Assembly: GCA_038245785.1 (NCBI GenBank) | Contig: JBBRSB010000001.1 | Coordinates: 1 to 64,000, forward strand | DNA length: 64,000 nt | Origin: Gloeobacterales cyanobacterium | Lineage (GTDB): Bacteria; Cyanobacteriota; Cyanobacteriia; Gloeobacterales; PMM-0068 | Direction: 5' to 3' | Shown: positions 15,926-25,914 of the stretch, one piece after another | Numbering within the stretch: position 1 is the stretch's first letter | How the letters are laid out: the number at the start of each line of letters is the position of its first letter | Notes under the pieces: generated by a model | Database searches by the model: none | What the model saw: only the letters and a program-made list of their open reading frames with translations | What the model was told of the DNA's origin: nothing | Made by a program: the position numbers and the translations under genes

Positions 15926-18163
15926 ATGAAGAGAGCACCATCCATCCCTACAGAACTGGCTCCAATGAATGCGCGATCGAAACAGCATACCCCTCATTGG
16001 TTTAAGCGGTTCTCCTCTCATCGAGTCCCCGTGCAACTGCAACTGACTGCAGTTGAATGTGGAGCGGCTTGCCTAGCTATGATTCTCAGTTACCATGGCA
16101 GGCACACGCGCATCGCTGAATGCCGAACGCTCATGGGGATCGGTCGGGATGGTGTGACGGCCGAGACAATTGCGAAAGCGGCTCGCCTGTTCGGTTTGCG
16201 TGTGAAAGCATACTCGATTGAAGATCTGACTGATTTTCGGTATATTCAACTTCCAGCCATCGCCCACTGGGGGTTTGAGCATTTTGTGGTAGTAGAGCAC
16301 TGGTCTGCAAAGGAAGTGGAGATTGTTGATCCAGGTGTCGGACGACGACGACTCACGGTGAAACAATTCAATGATGGTTTTACTGGTGTGATACTAACGT
16401 TTGAGCCAGGCGTTCAATTCAAGCGCCATCATCCCAAAGCTCAATTCACCTTGTGGAACTATATGCTCCACTATGGTCTACAGATGACGGGCGTACTATC
16501 CCAAATCTTGGCCACATCTCTGTTCTTGCAACTGCTTGGGTTAGCGTTACCGATCGCCACAAAAGTTTTGGTCGATAGCATTCTTCCATTTCATCTCACG
16601 AGCATGATGTCGATCGTTGGCATTGGGATGCTCATTCTCATCCTGTCGCAATGGGTGACCAGTTACTTACGGGCAGTGCTACTCATCTATTTACAATCGC
16701 GTCTGGATACTCGTTTAATGTTGGGTTTTTTCGATCACCTGTTGACGCTCCCCTTTCGTTTCTTCGAGCAACGCACCGTAGGGGATCTGTTAATGCGTCT
16801 TGGCAGTCACACCATGATTCGAGAAACGCTTACCAGTCAGACCCTCTCAATACTGCTAGATGGTTCGTTTGTGTTGGGATATCTCATCCTGTTATTTGTT
16901 CAAGCACCCTCATTTGGCATCACTGCTATGGGTATTGGATTGCTTCAAATCATGCTTTTACTCGGTACTACTCGTCGAGTGCATGACCTGATGCAACAAG
17001 ATTTGGTGGCTCAAGCAGAATCCCAAAGTTATTTAGTCGAAGCCTTGACGGGGATTCAAACGTTAAAAGCATGTGGATCTGAAGATCGTGCCTTTGATTA
17101 CTGGTCTAATTTATTCTTTAAACAATTGAATGTCTCGCTCCAACGCAACCACTTAAGCGCACTGATCGATACAACGCTGCTGTCTTTGCGGATCTTCTCT
17201 CCCCTTCTCCTGTTGTGGATTGGCGCGCTCTCTGTGCTCAATGGCACGATGAGCTTGGGCACAATGTTGGCACTGAATGCGATCGCGACGGCCTTCTTAA
17301 CCCCTCTATCCTCGCTCATTTCAAACGGTCAGCATGTGCAATTAGTCGGTGCTCATCTCGAACGGCTCACCGATGTACTGACAGCAGAACCAGAGCAGCT
17401 TTTGCAGGGTGTTCAACCTGCACCTTTGCTAACGGGGCACGTTACCTTAAGCAAAGTTCGTTTTCGGTATGATCCGAATGCTCCAGAGGTCCTGAACAAC
17501 ATTTCTCTAACGATCGAACCGGGCCAGAAAATCGCCCTGGTGGGTCAGTCTGGATCTGGGAAAAGTACGCTGGCCAAGCTATTGCTGGGGCTTTACCTGC
17601 CGACGGAAGGAGAAATTTTGTATGACGGATTCTCCTTACAAACCCTGAACTGGCGGACATTGCGAAGTCAATTTGGGATCGTTCTCCAAGAACCATTTCT
17701 ATTTAGTGGTTCGATCCGCCAAAACATCACGGTCAATAACCCCAGTCTTTCATTGGAGCAGGTGCAAACAGCAGCAAAACTTGCAGCCATTCATGATGAT
17801 ATTATGCAGTTTCCGATGGGGTATGAAACCCGAATTTCTGAAGGGGGAAACGGACTTTCGGGAGGACAACGCCAACGCGTGGCGATTGCTCGGGCCTTGG
17901 CGCATCAGCCAGCCATTCTGCTGATGGATGAAGCTACGAGTCATTTAGATAGTGTCACAGAAAGCTTAGTAGAACGGAATTTAAGCCAACTTTCCTGTAC
18001 TCGAATCGTGATTGCCCATCGCTTAAGTACAGTTCGCAACGCAGACATCATCTTTGTGCTGGAGAAAGGAAAAATTGTCGAGCAGGGGTCTCATCAAACC
18101 CTCTTTGATCGACAAGGATACTATTCATCGTTATTTCGGGAAGGGGCCTTGCAGTCAACTTAA
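15926..18163 (+). CDS. lanT: C39 peptidase-containing ABC exporter
   Basis: QLTAVECGAACL and HFVVV C39 motifs, TM domain, [17 protein letters not shown] and MDEATS. Confidence 0.95.
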   Translation: MKRAPSIPTELAPMNARSKQHTPHWFKRFSSHRVPVQLQLTAVECGAACLAMILSYHGRHTRIAECRTLMGIGRDGVTAETIAKAARLFGLRVKAYSIEDLTDFRYIQLPAIAHWGFEHFVVVEHWSAKEVEIVDPGVGRRRLTVKQFNDGFTGVILTFEPGVQFKRHHPKAQFTLWNYMLHYGLQMTGVLSQILATSLFLQLLGLALPIATKVLVDSILPFHLTSMMSIVGIGMLILILSQWVTSYLRAVLLIYLQSRLDTRLMLGFFDHLLTLPFRFFEQRTVGDLLMRLGSHTMIRETLTSQTLSILLDGSFVLGYLILLFVQAPSFGITAMGIGLLQIMLLLGTTRRVHDLMQQDLVAQAESQSYLVEALTGIQTLKACGSEDRAFDYWSNLFFKQLNVSLQRNHLSALIDTTLLSLRIFSPLLLLWIGALSVLNGTMSLGTMLALNAIATAFLTPLSSLISNGQHVQLVGAHLERLTDVLTAEPEQLLQGVQPAPLLTGHVTLSKVRFRYDPNAPEVLNNISLTIEPGQKIALVGQSGSGKSTLAKLLLGLYLPTEGEILYDGFSLQTLNWRTLRSQFGIVLQEPFLFSGSIRQNITVNNPSLSLEQVQTAAKLAAIHDDIMQFPMGYETRISEGGNGLSGGQRQRVAIARALAHQPAILLMDEATSHLDSVTESLVERNLSQLSCTRIVIAHRLSTVRNADIIFVLEKGKIVEQGSHQTLFDRQGYYSSLFREGALQST

Positions 18164-18199
18164 TAAGACCCATCAAAATTCAGATACTTCTTTTGTGAT

Positions 18200-18568
18200 T
18201 TAGTGTGTTGCACTATCCGGTTGAGCGACAGGCTGGAGCAAGCTAATCAAATGCCCGTCCGGTGAACGCATGGCGGCCACTTTTCCAAAAGAGGGTTCGC
18301 GCACACGGCCTTCCAGTTGAGCCCCTAAGGCTTCCAGGGTGGCAATCACGGCATAAACATCGTCCACATGGAAACTGAGGATCGGGGAATCACCCCCTTG
18401 AGCATTTTCCTGGGCGGCATGAAGGGCAATTGTGGTGCCGTTAGCATCCAATTCAGCCCATCCAGGACTAGACATTTTGATCGGCAATCCCAAGCCTTCA
18501 TGGAAGAACTTTACCGTCTGGGGAATATCTTTAACCATCAGCATGATGTGCTTGAATTCGGTGGCCAT
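18200..18568 (-). CDS. VOC/glyoxalase family protein
   Basis: HIMLMVKD...FFHEGLGL, LSFHVDDV and SPDGHLISL. Confidence 0.88.
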   Translation of the reverse strand: MATEFKHIMLMVKDIPQTVKFFHEGLGLPIKMSSPGWAELDANGTTIALHAAQENAQGGDSPILSFHVDDVYAVIATLEALGAQLEGRVREPSFGKVAAMRSPDGHLISLLQPVAQPDSATH

Positions 18569-18673
18569 CAGTTTTCCTCTAGGTTCTCTTAGATTCTCTC
18601 CTCTAGGATAGGTCGGGCCAAGAGGTTGTGGTACCGAGAAGGCTATACTCAAAAAAGCAGCAGTAACATCACC

Positions 18674-18994
18674 ATGATTTCCTCCATTCTTTCTGTACTC
18701 CTTGTCCTTTCCGGTATTGCCATCGTTGCCATGGTTTTACTCCATGCCCCCAAGGGAGATGGTTTAGCGGCTATCGGCGGTCAAGGACAGCTGTTTTCTA
18801 GCCAAAAGAGTGCCGAAAAGAATTTAGACCGAGCGACATGGGGTGCGATCATAGTATTCCTCAGCATCTCTGCTGTGCTGAGTTCTGGCTTGCTTAAGCA
18901 ACCTCCTCAGGCAAGTGCTCCAGCCCCAGCCTCGACCACTGAACCTATCTCCCTACCCAGTTCTGTTCCAGCCCCTACTCCTGCTGGGAAGTAA
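18674..18994 (+). CDS. secG: Preprotein translocase subunit SecG with Pro/Ala-rich tail
   Basis: VLLHAPKGDGLAAIGGQGQLFSSQKSAEKNLDRATW. Confidence 0.92.
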   Translation: MISSILSVLLVLSGIAIVAMVLLHAPKGDGLAAIGGQGQLFSSQKSAEKNLDRATWGAIIVFLSISAVLSSGLLKQPPQASAPAPASTTEPISLPSSVPAPTPAGK

Positions 18995-19012
18995 GCTGAA
19001 TGCGCTTAGAAT

Positions 19013-19963
19013 TCACACAGGACTTTTCGCGTATTCAATAGCCTTAACGGTATCCCTGATATAGAGAGCGGTTGCTCGTTCACAGCAGACATTCTCCCAC
19101 CAGTCCAAAGTTTTTTGTTGCAGCTCATGGAGGCGGTCAGGATTTCTCAGTAAGCTATTAACTGTTTTTTTCAAATCCTTCCAACTATCCAAAATGATAA
19201 TGGGAGATCCCTTATAGTAGTAATGTTCTGGTAAAGGCTCAGAGATGACAACACAACCAGCACGCATGGCCTCAAATTGACGAGTTGTTTCAGAACTTTT
19301 GAAGCCTTTAGGACAGATGGCAATCTTACTATCGAAAAGCTTCTTACTGTAAGTTGCGATATCAAGGCCCTGGGCAAAGCCAGAGGTGAACTTAATATAT
19401 GAATCCGGAAAAGTCTTAGAAAGATCCGTATTGAAATATGACTTTATGATTATAGACAAAACCTTAGCGCTCAGAGTTTCTATTCGTGCAGGAAAATCTG
19501 GGACAAACTTTAAAAGAGTAAGCCTTTTATATAGAGGATATCGGCTCCCATTTAAGTTTCCAGAGAAGAATACATTAGTATGCCGCTCATTAATGGGTAC
19601 GATTGGAAATTCTTTAGATCCTCGATTAGGGACCAAGGGCAGTGGAAATAGTGTGCTATCCCTATCATAATTGCTGGGAATATGCCATTTGAAAATCGCT
19701 GTAAAGTGCTTGCAGAGATGGTATGGAGCTAAAATTTCTTCATCTGAGATATAGAGAAGTATTTTCTTCTTATTTCCAGTAAGTACGATTGGAACAGCAG
19801 GATTAGCAGAGCCATTACTTGCATAGAGTATAAATTCGTAGTCTGAAAATTCATTTCCGAATACTCGCTGAAGCTCACTGTATAACCTGTCCAAAGATTC
19901 ACATTCCAGCAACTCTTCATATTTATATTTATAGTTAATGAAGTTATAGCCAGACTTAGACAT
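19013..19963 (-). CDS. Putative glycosyltransferase (exostosin/GT47-like), paralog 2
   Basis: VFFSG and SKIAICPKGFKSSETTRQFEAMRAGCVVIS; GGGAG RBS before ATG 19963. Confidence 0.7.
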   Translation of the reverse strand: MSKSGYNFINYKYKYEELLECESLDRLYSELQRVFGNEFSDYEFILYASNGSANPAVPIVLTGNKKKILLYISDEEILAPYHLCKHFTAIFKWHIPSNYDRDSTLFPLPLVPNRGSKEFPIVPINERHTNVFFSGNLNGSRYPLYKRLTLLKFVPDFPARIETLSAKVLSIIIKSYFNTDLSKTFPDSYIKFTSGFAQGLDIATYSKKLFDSKIAICPKGFKSSETTRQFEAMRAGCVVISEPLPEHYYYKGSPIIILDSWKDLKKTVNSLLRNPDRLHELQQKTLDWWENVCCERATALYIRDTVKAIEYAKSPV

Positions 19964-20185
19964 TTTCAGCGTCTCCCGTCTCAATAAATTATGGAGCTTG
20001 CGTGACTTCCTTGCCGTAGACATTCTTATATAGTTATATAAGCTGCCATTAGAGAAGAGCATCCTCATAAGACTATAAGAGAATATGCTTCATTAGAGAC
20101 AGGGACGATCGTTGATATCTAGAAATTTAGTATAGCGTAGGGCCAGAGAGCACCAAAACTGCAAAGGAGAAATCCATCAGTGATA

Positions 20186-21148
20186 CTACTGCTTGGATAG
20201 TTTTTTTGAATATTGCATACTAGAACATTCAATATTTTTAACTTTATCTCGAATATAGAAAGCCGTTGCTTTCTCGGAGCATACATTTTTCCACCAATCT
20301 AAAGTTTCCTCGTGCAGTTCATTGAGCTGAGCAGGATCACTCAACAGGCCTTCAACCGTTTTTTCCAAATCTTTCCAGCTGTCTAGCATGATCATAGGAG
20401 ATCCTTGGTAGAAGTGATGTTTTGGTAAAGGCTCAGATATCACTACACAGCCCGCCCGCATGGCCTCAAAGTGCCGACACGTTTCGGGACTTTTGAAACC
20501 TGAAGGACAGATAGCAATTTTACTGTCATGAAGCATCCGGCTAAATGTTTTCGCGTTGCCCTGCAGATAGCCCCCTGTAAATTCAATGCATGAATCAGGA
20601 AAAGCATGAGAGAGATTCGTATTGAAATACGACTTTATTAATTTAGAAAAAACTCTAGCAACCTGTTGTTCTAAAGGTGCTGGAAAATCAGGCAAATGTC
20701 TTAGAAAAGTAAGATGCTTATATAAGGGATAGCGTTTTTCATTTAAGTTCCCAGAGAAAAATAGATTAACAGGCCGCTCATTGATTGGAATAATGGGCAA
20801 TTCTTCGGTTCCACGATTGGGGACAAGGGGGAATGGGAATATATTACTCTTCCGGTCATAATCATCAGGAATAATCGATTTGAAAATTGCTAAAAAATCT
20901 TTGCACAGGTCATAGGGGACTAGCATTTCTTCATCAGAAATATAAATAAGAACTTTTTTCTTGTCTCCTGTGAGGTTAAGGGGAACGGCAGGATTGGTGG
21001 AACCATTGACTGAATAGAGTACAAATTCATATTCCTCAAACTCACTTCCAAATAACTGCTGAAGTTCAAGGAATAACTTATCTAGAGATTCACATTCTTG
21101 CAATTCTTCGTATTTGTACCTATAGTTAACAAAGCGAAATCTAGACAT
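20186..21148 (-). CDS. Putative glycosyltransferase (exostosin/GT47-like), paralog 1
   Basis: SKIAICPSGFKSPETCRHFEAMRAGCVVIS; colinear with the adjacent paralog. Confidence 0.7.
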   Translation of the reverse strand: MSRFRFVNYRYKYEELQECESLDKLFLELQQLFGSEFEEYEFVLYSVNGSTNPAVPLNLTGDKKKVLIYISDEEMLVPYDLCKDFLAIFKSIIPDDYDRKSNIFPFPLVPNRGTEELPIIPINERPVNLFFSGNLNEKRYPLYKHLTFLRHLPDFPAPLEQQVARVFSKLIKSYFNTNLSHAFPDSCIEFTGGYLQGNAKTFSRMLHDSKIAICPSGFKSPETCRHFEAMRAGCVVISEPLPKHHFYQGSPMIMLDSWKDLEKTVEGLLSDPAQLNELHEETLDWWKNVCSEKATAFYIRDKVKNIECSSMQYSKKLSKQ

Positions 21149-21402
21149 TTTTGGTCGTTCCTTCTTTATGGGAAATCACGCAGATTGTCTCGGTGCCGTT
21201 ACACAGAGATTGTTATTGAGCTGAAAGCCAATAGAGGGCTTGTTTCAGGTTGAAGAACAATAGTATTTAACTGACTGTCAAAGCAGCTTAAATGGTTCCC
21301 GCTAGGTGCAATTCGATGTTCTCCCGGATAGACCAGGGATATAGTCCAAATTGGCAGAGATAGCTTGGATGAGTTCCTTCAAGATTTTAGCAACCTAGTA
21401 GT

Positions 21403-23043
21403 CTAGGTGCCAAAGAGTGTCTGAATGCGTTTGCGCATCCAGGTCAGAGGGGCTTCATCAGTGTTGGACAAGCCTTTTTCATTCAAAAGACCCAGTTCTC
21501 TCAAGACCTGTTGACGCTCTGCCAACCTCTGAGCAATTTGTTCTGCTAGTCCTTTGTGGTCTTTGAGCAGCTTTTGTAGCGCCGTGCGGTCTACGACAAA
21601 GAGGCTTACCTCTTCCAAGGTGCGCACTGTAGAAGGGCGAGGCATACCTGTTAGGAGGGAGATTTCCCCGAAAAATTCCCCCGCTTTCAGTATTCCGATC
21701 GAAGCGCCTTTCTTTTCCGAGAAGATCTCTACTCGCCCCGACAGGATGATGTAGAACGACTCTCCAGCATCTTTTTCCTTAAAGATGGTCTGTCCTGCGG
21801 CGAAGCGCTTGCGATAGCCCTGTTCAATCAGACTTCTCAGCTCAATATCAGTGCAGGATTCGAAATAGGTAATCCGACGGAGTAAAGTACTGAGATCTGA
21901 CGTGGTAGCAACCACAGGTTTTGCCTGTATTTCTTCAAGAGGCCTTTGGGGCTCTTGCCGGATAGAGCTAATCAACTCGTTCAGATTGCGTATTTTTAAA
22001 TCTCTTTGGGGGACGGGTATTTCAATATGTCTTTGTCGCAGTTCCTGCTCAATCAGAAAGTTCAGAGCACTTTTGATCACTTCTACGTCTTGGGGTTTAT
22101 CAATCCAGACGAGTAATTCAAACTTGAGGGCACTATCGCCAAAATCTTTGAGCCATACTTTCGGAGCAGGATAAGATAGCACTCTTGGCTCTGAACGGGC
22201 TGCATTTAAAAGTATTTCTGTGACCAATACGGAACTGGTTCCATAGGCCACCCCAATCGGTATATGAATCCGACTTTGGGGGTCTCGATAGCTCCAGTTG
22301 ATAATGTTATTTTCGACAAAACGATTGTTTGGGACAATCACGAAGATCCCATCTAGCGTGCGCACGGTTGTTGAGCGAATAGCAATTTTTTCTACGGTTC
22401 CAAGCAACCCACTGACTTCGATAAAATCACCGACTTGAATCGGTCGTTCAAACAGTAAAGTTAAACCACTAACAAAGTTACTGACTAGATTTTGAAAACC
22501 AAAGCCTAAACCAATACCCAAGACTCCGGCCAGAACAGTTAGAGAACTCAAATCAATGCCAGCAGTCTGTAGAACGATTACAAACCCTAGACCAGCTAAT
22601 ACGTAGCCAATCAGTGCAGCGATGGTTCCCCGTGTTCCGGTATCGAAACCCAAACGCATCAAAAGACGTTGATTAATCCATTCACTTAGAGAGCGAGAAG
22701 AGAAAAAGACGGTAAGTAACAGGCCCATTAAAAAAATGATACTGGCGAGAGAAAACTGATTTTTTCCTGCCAGAATCAGGGGCGTATTTAAGGGCTCAGA
22801 CAACCTTGTGGTGATAGAGACAATCCCTGATTCAATCGGTTCTAACTCAGGGATTAAACTAAAAACCAGGAGGCCCAAACCTATCCAGAGAGAAACCCTC
22901 ACCACCCCAAAGAGTATTTGCTTAGGCAGGGTATCCAGCACGATCCAGCGTTTGAGCAGTCTGCTAGATAGCCAGTCCAGTAGAGCAATTCCTAGAAAGA
23001 CTAGAAAAGCCAAAAGTATAGTTTGTATTGGGAACGCACTCAT
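21403..23043 (-). CDS. MscS mechanosensitive channel with C-terminal cyclic-nucleotide-binding domain
   Basis: GIGLGFGFQNLVSNFVSG, GTVEKIAIRST; cNMP motif GEFFGEISLL...PRPSTV. Confidence 0.92.
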   Translation of the reverse strand: MSAFPIQTILLAFLVFLGIALLDWLSSRLLKRWIVLDTLPKQILFGVVRVSLWIGLGLLVFSLIPELEPIESGIVSITTRLSEPLNTPLILAGKNQFSLASIIFLMGLLLTVFFSSRSLSEWINQRLLMRLGFDTGTRGTIAALIGYVLAGLGFVIVLQTAGIDLSSLTVLAGVLGIGLGFGFQNLVSNFVSGLTLLFERPIQVGDFIEVSGLLGTVEKIAIRSTTVRTLDGIFVIVPNNRFVENNIINWSYRDPQSRIHIPIGVAYGTSSVLVTEILLNAARSEPRVLSYPAPKVWLKDFGDSALKFELLVWIDKPQDVEVIKSALNFLIEQELRQRHIEIPVPQRDLKIRNLNELISSIRQEPQRPLEEIQAKPVVATTSDLSTLLRRITYFESCTDIELRSLIEQGYRKRFAAGQTIFKEKDAGESFYIILSGRVEIFSEKKGASIGILKAGEFFGEISLLTGMPRPSTVRTLEEVSLFVVDRTALQKLLKDHKGLAEQIAQRLAERQQVLRELGLLNEKGLSNTDEAPLTWMRKRIQTLFGT

Positions 23044-24396
23044 CTAAGAGAGAACTTTACATTCTAAATAGCTTAGTGCTTCCACATGGTAAGTCTGCGG
23101 AAAAAAATCTATAGGAATTACCGTTTTGAGTTCGTACTGCGTACTTAAGTGTTTGAGATCCCTCGCGAGGGTGCTGGGATTGCAACTTAGATAGAACAAT
23201 CGTCGAGGCTGTTTTTTTAAGATCACATCTAATACACTGGGGTCGCAGCCTTTACGGGGAGGGTCAAGGATCAGGGTATGCTCTGGCTGTAAGACTTCAG
23301 CCAGCTGGTCTTCTACCGTTCCTGCCAGAAACGCCACATTCCCTATGCGATTATTTTGGGCATTGAGTTGGGCTTGCTGAACGGAAGGCCCAAAACTCTC
23401 AATTGCAATTACTTTTTTGACGTGCTGGGCAATGGGCAACGAAAGGGTGCCAATGCCCGAATAGGCGTCTACTACCCTGTCTTCTTTGGTAAACTGAGCG
23501 ATTTCTAATAGTTTGTGGATCGTCTGCTCGGCTTGCTCTGTATTCACTTGGAAAAAAGTAGTCGGCCCAACTTGGAACTCTAAACCACAAAATTGTTCTT
23601 GGATAAAACCTTTGCCCGTCACTACTTTGGTCTGTGGGCCAAAAATAGCATTGGTTGGCTGGTCATTCAGATTCAGACAGATGCTGACCACCGAACGAAA
23701 CTGCTGATGAATAGCGGTACAAAACTTTTCTAGATTAGGAAGATTCAGCTCAGTGGTGACCAAAGTGAGCAGGACTTTATCGGTACGACGTCCTATTCTC
23801 AGGGCCAAATGACGGATATACCCGGCATTGTTTTTTTCATTGTAGGCAGACCATCCCATCTCTTGAATCAGAGCTTTGGTCTTTTCCAGGATTGGGTTAA
23901 GTTTTTCATCTTGGACCGGGCACTGATTGAGATTGATTAAATCATGGGATTGTTTGCGATAGTAACCGGCCATGATTTTTCCCTGCTGATTGGCCCCCAC
24001 GGGGAAGGTGCTTTTGTTGCGATAGTGTAGAGGGTCTTCTGCGCCGAGAACCTCATCCACGGGTGGATGCTCAAAGCCACCAATACGCACCAAGCTATCA
24101 ATCACGATTTGCTTTTTCTGGGCTAGCTGCGTGGCATACGCTACGGCCTGCCACTGACAGCCCCCACATTTATCCGCCACAATGCAGGGAGGACGAACCC
24201 GATGGTTAGAGGGCTGCACGATCTCTAGAATTTTTCCTCGGACGATTTTCTTAGCTTCAGTGATGCGGATGCGCAGTTGGTCTCCCGGCGCACTGTCCGA
24301 CACAAAAATAGCCCGGCCTTCAAAATGGCCTAGACCATCTCCTCCTGCCGTCAAGGTCGTAATTTCTAAATCAAGCGCATCGCCCTGCTGAATCAT
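23044..24396 (-). CDS. rlmD: 23S rRNA (uracil-1939-C5)-methyltransferase
   Basis: TRAM domain, CGGCQWQ, FFQVN, DPPRKG, YLSCNPSTLARD and DFFPQTYHVE. Confidence 0.93.
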   Translation of the reverse strand: MIQQGDALDLEITTLTAGGDGLGHFEGRAIFVSDSAPGDQLRIRITEAKKIVRGKILEIVQPSNHRVRPPCIVADKCGGCQWQAVAYATQLAQKKQIVIDSLVRIGGFEHPPVDEVLGAEDPLHYRNKSTFPVGANQQGKIMAGYYRKQSHDLINLNQCPVQDEKLNPILEKTKALIQEMGWSAYNEKNNAGYIRHLALRIGRRTDKVLLTLVTTELNLPNLEKFCTAIHQQFRSVVSICLNLNDQPTNAIFGPQTKVVTGKGFIQEQFCGLEFQVGPTTFFQVNTEQAEQTIHKLLEIAQFTKEDRVVDAYSGIGTLSLPIAQHVKKVIAIESFGPSVQQAQLNAQNNRIGNVAFLAGTVEDQLAEVLQPEHTLILDPPRKGCDPSVLDVILKKQPRRLFYLSCNPSTLARDLKHLSTQYELKTVIPIDFFPQTYHVEALSYLECKVLS

Positions 24397-24405
24397 GAAA
24401 AGCTC

Positions 24406-25488
24406 TTAACCAAACGTGAGGACCAAACGGTCTTCGCTAAACTTAGCACCCGTGACTCGTTTATTCCGAAAAGCACTGGGCAAGATCAGATTGCGGCGCT
24501 GGTCGGCGACCCTCAAGGTCAACTCAGGACCATACTGACTAAGTTCTACTTCCTTTTTGCTATAGCCCGGCAGATGGAGCGATAGGGTAAGGGCCCTGTC
24601 ATCCATCTGAATCGGGGCAGGAAGGTCCTTCGTTCTTTTGATATCCGGCAGGTGTTGAACCAAACTCTGCCATCCGGATACTTCTGGCAGGGTGTACTTT
24701 TCGAGCCCAGAAAAAGCCTCCTGCATGGCATCGGTTACAGTGGGCACCCGGTTTAGGAGTACGCCACCGTAGCGCAGATTGAACAATTGCCCTGCCCCCC
24801 AATAGCGACGGGCACTACTGAGGGTTAAAGCATCCTGATTGGCAACCAAATAGAGCGTCACTTCCTGTTCGGAGGCTTTGCGGGCCTCATCAATCAGGTC
24901 TACCAGCTGACTGCCACTAGAGCGGATCTTATCGCCGGATAATCCTGCGGCTAAGACTGTCTGGGCCAAGGGTTCTAAGAAGGGACCAATGGCCTGCCCT
25001 AAGGGAGAACGCTGGAAAAGCTCTTGGAACCTTCGCACATACCATCCCAATTGGTCCGCTGCCGACAATAATCTGAGCGTAGCGAGCGGGGAAGCCAAAT
25101 CCAGCACAATCAGGTCATATTTCACATGCCAGTCTTTGAGCAAGATGAGAACATTAAATTCGTCAAATCCTGGCAGAATTCCTAGCTCTTGACCATAAAT
25201 GTCTTTGAAGAAGGGGGTTCTCAGATATTGTCCTTCCAGGCTCCGCACTTTGTTCCACCCTTTCTCTAAGAGATCGGTGGCGCTGACCTGGATCGCATCA
25301 AAACCCTCACTAAGGGTACTCGTTTCCTTGCCCACGGGGTGCCCTAAAAGTTCTGACACACTGAATGCCGCTTCTTGAGTGACGAAAAGAGTCTTCTTTC
25401 CTTGCAGATGGGCTTGGTAGGCCGCCGCTAGTGCGATGGTCGTAGTGCCTGTCCCGCCTTTCCCAAGAAAGGCAATCGTTTGCTTCAT
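24406..25488 (-). CDS. Get3/ArsA-fold ATPase with C-terminal alpha-crystallin-like domain (Get3d-like)
   Basis: FLGKGGTGTTT, YGQELGILPG and LSQYGPELTLRVADQRRNLILP. Confidence 0.85.
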   Translation of the reverse strand: MKQTIAFLGKGGTGTTTIALAAAYQAHLQGKKTLFVTQEAAFSVSELLGHPVGKETSTLSEGFDAIQVSATDLLEKGWNKVRSLEGQYLRTPFFKDIYGQELGILPGFDEFNVLILLKDWHVKYDLIVLDLASPLATLRLLSAADQLGWYVRRFQELFQRSPLGQAIGPFLEPLAQTVLAAGLSGDKIRSSGSQLVDLIDEARKASEQEVTLYLVANQDALTLSSARRYWGAGQLFNLRYGGVLLNRVPTVTDAMQEAFSGLEKYTLPEVSGWQSLVQHLPDIKRTKDLPAPIQMDDRALTLSLHLPGYSKKEVELSQYGPELTLRVADQRRNLILPSAFRNKRVTGAKFSEDRLVLTFG

Positions 25489-25504
25489 AGAGATCCTCTC
25501 ATCC

Positions 25505-25798
25505 TCATGGTTCTTGAATATGGGCTTTTAAGGCTTCCGAAGGAGAAAATACAGGTACCAAGGCCGCAGGAACGATAACAGGTTGCTGGGTCCGGGGGTG
25601 AAAGACGGTACGTTCAGCGCGTGCACGAACAGAGAAAGAGCCAAAACGTGAAAGTTTGACAGTGCGCCCTTCTGCCAAAGCCTCCTCAATCAGTTCTAAA
25701 AAACAATCTACAGCTGCTCCGGCCATCCGCTGGGATAGTCCATCGATCCGCTGCGTCATCCGTCGAACTAATTCCTGGCGATTTATCGTTTCCATCAC
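25505..25798 (-). CDS. HU/IHF family DNA-binding protein
   Basis: VKLSRFGSFSVRARAER...HPRTQQPVIVPA. Confidence 0.88.
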   Translation of the reverse strand: MMETINRQELVRRMTQRIDGLSQRMAGAAVDCFLELIEEALAEGRTVKLSRFGSFSVRARAERTVFHPRTQQPVIVPAALVPVFSPSEALKAHIQEP

Positions 25799-25914
25799 TA
25801 CTGTCCAAGAGAGAAGTGCTTCAATCTTAGCTTCAAGCGCAGAAGCTCCGCTTCATAACCCGTAGGCTGTGAAAAGCAGCAATAAGCGATGGAGCCGGAG
25901 AAGCCCGGAAGAGG

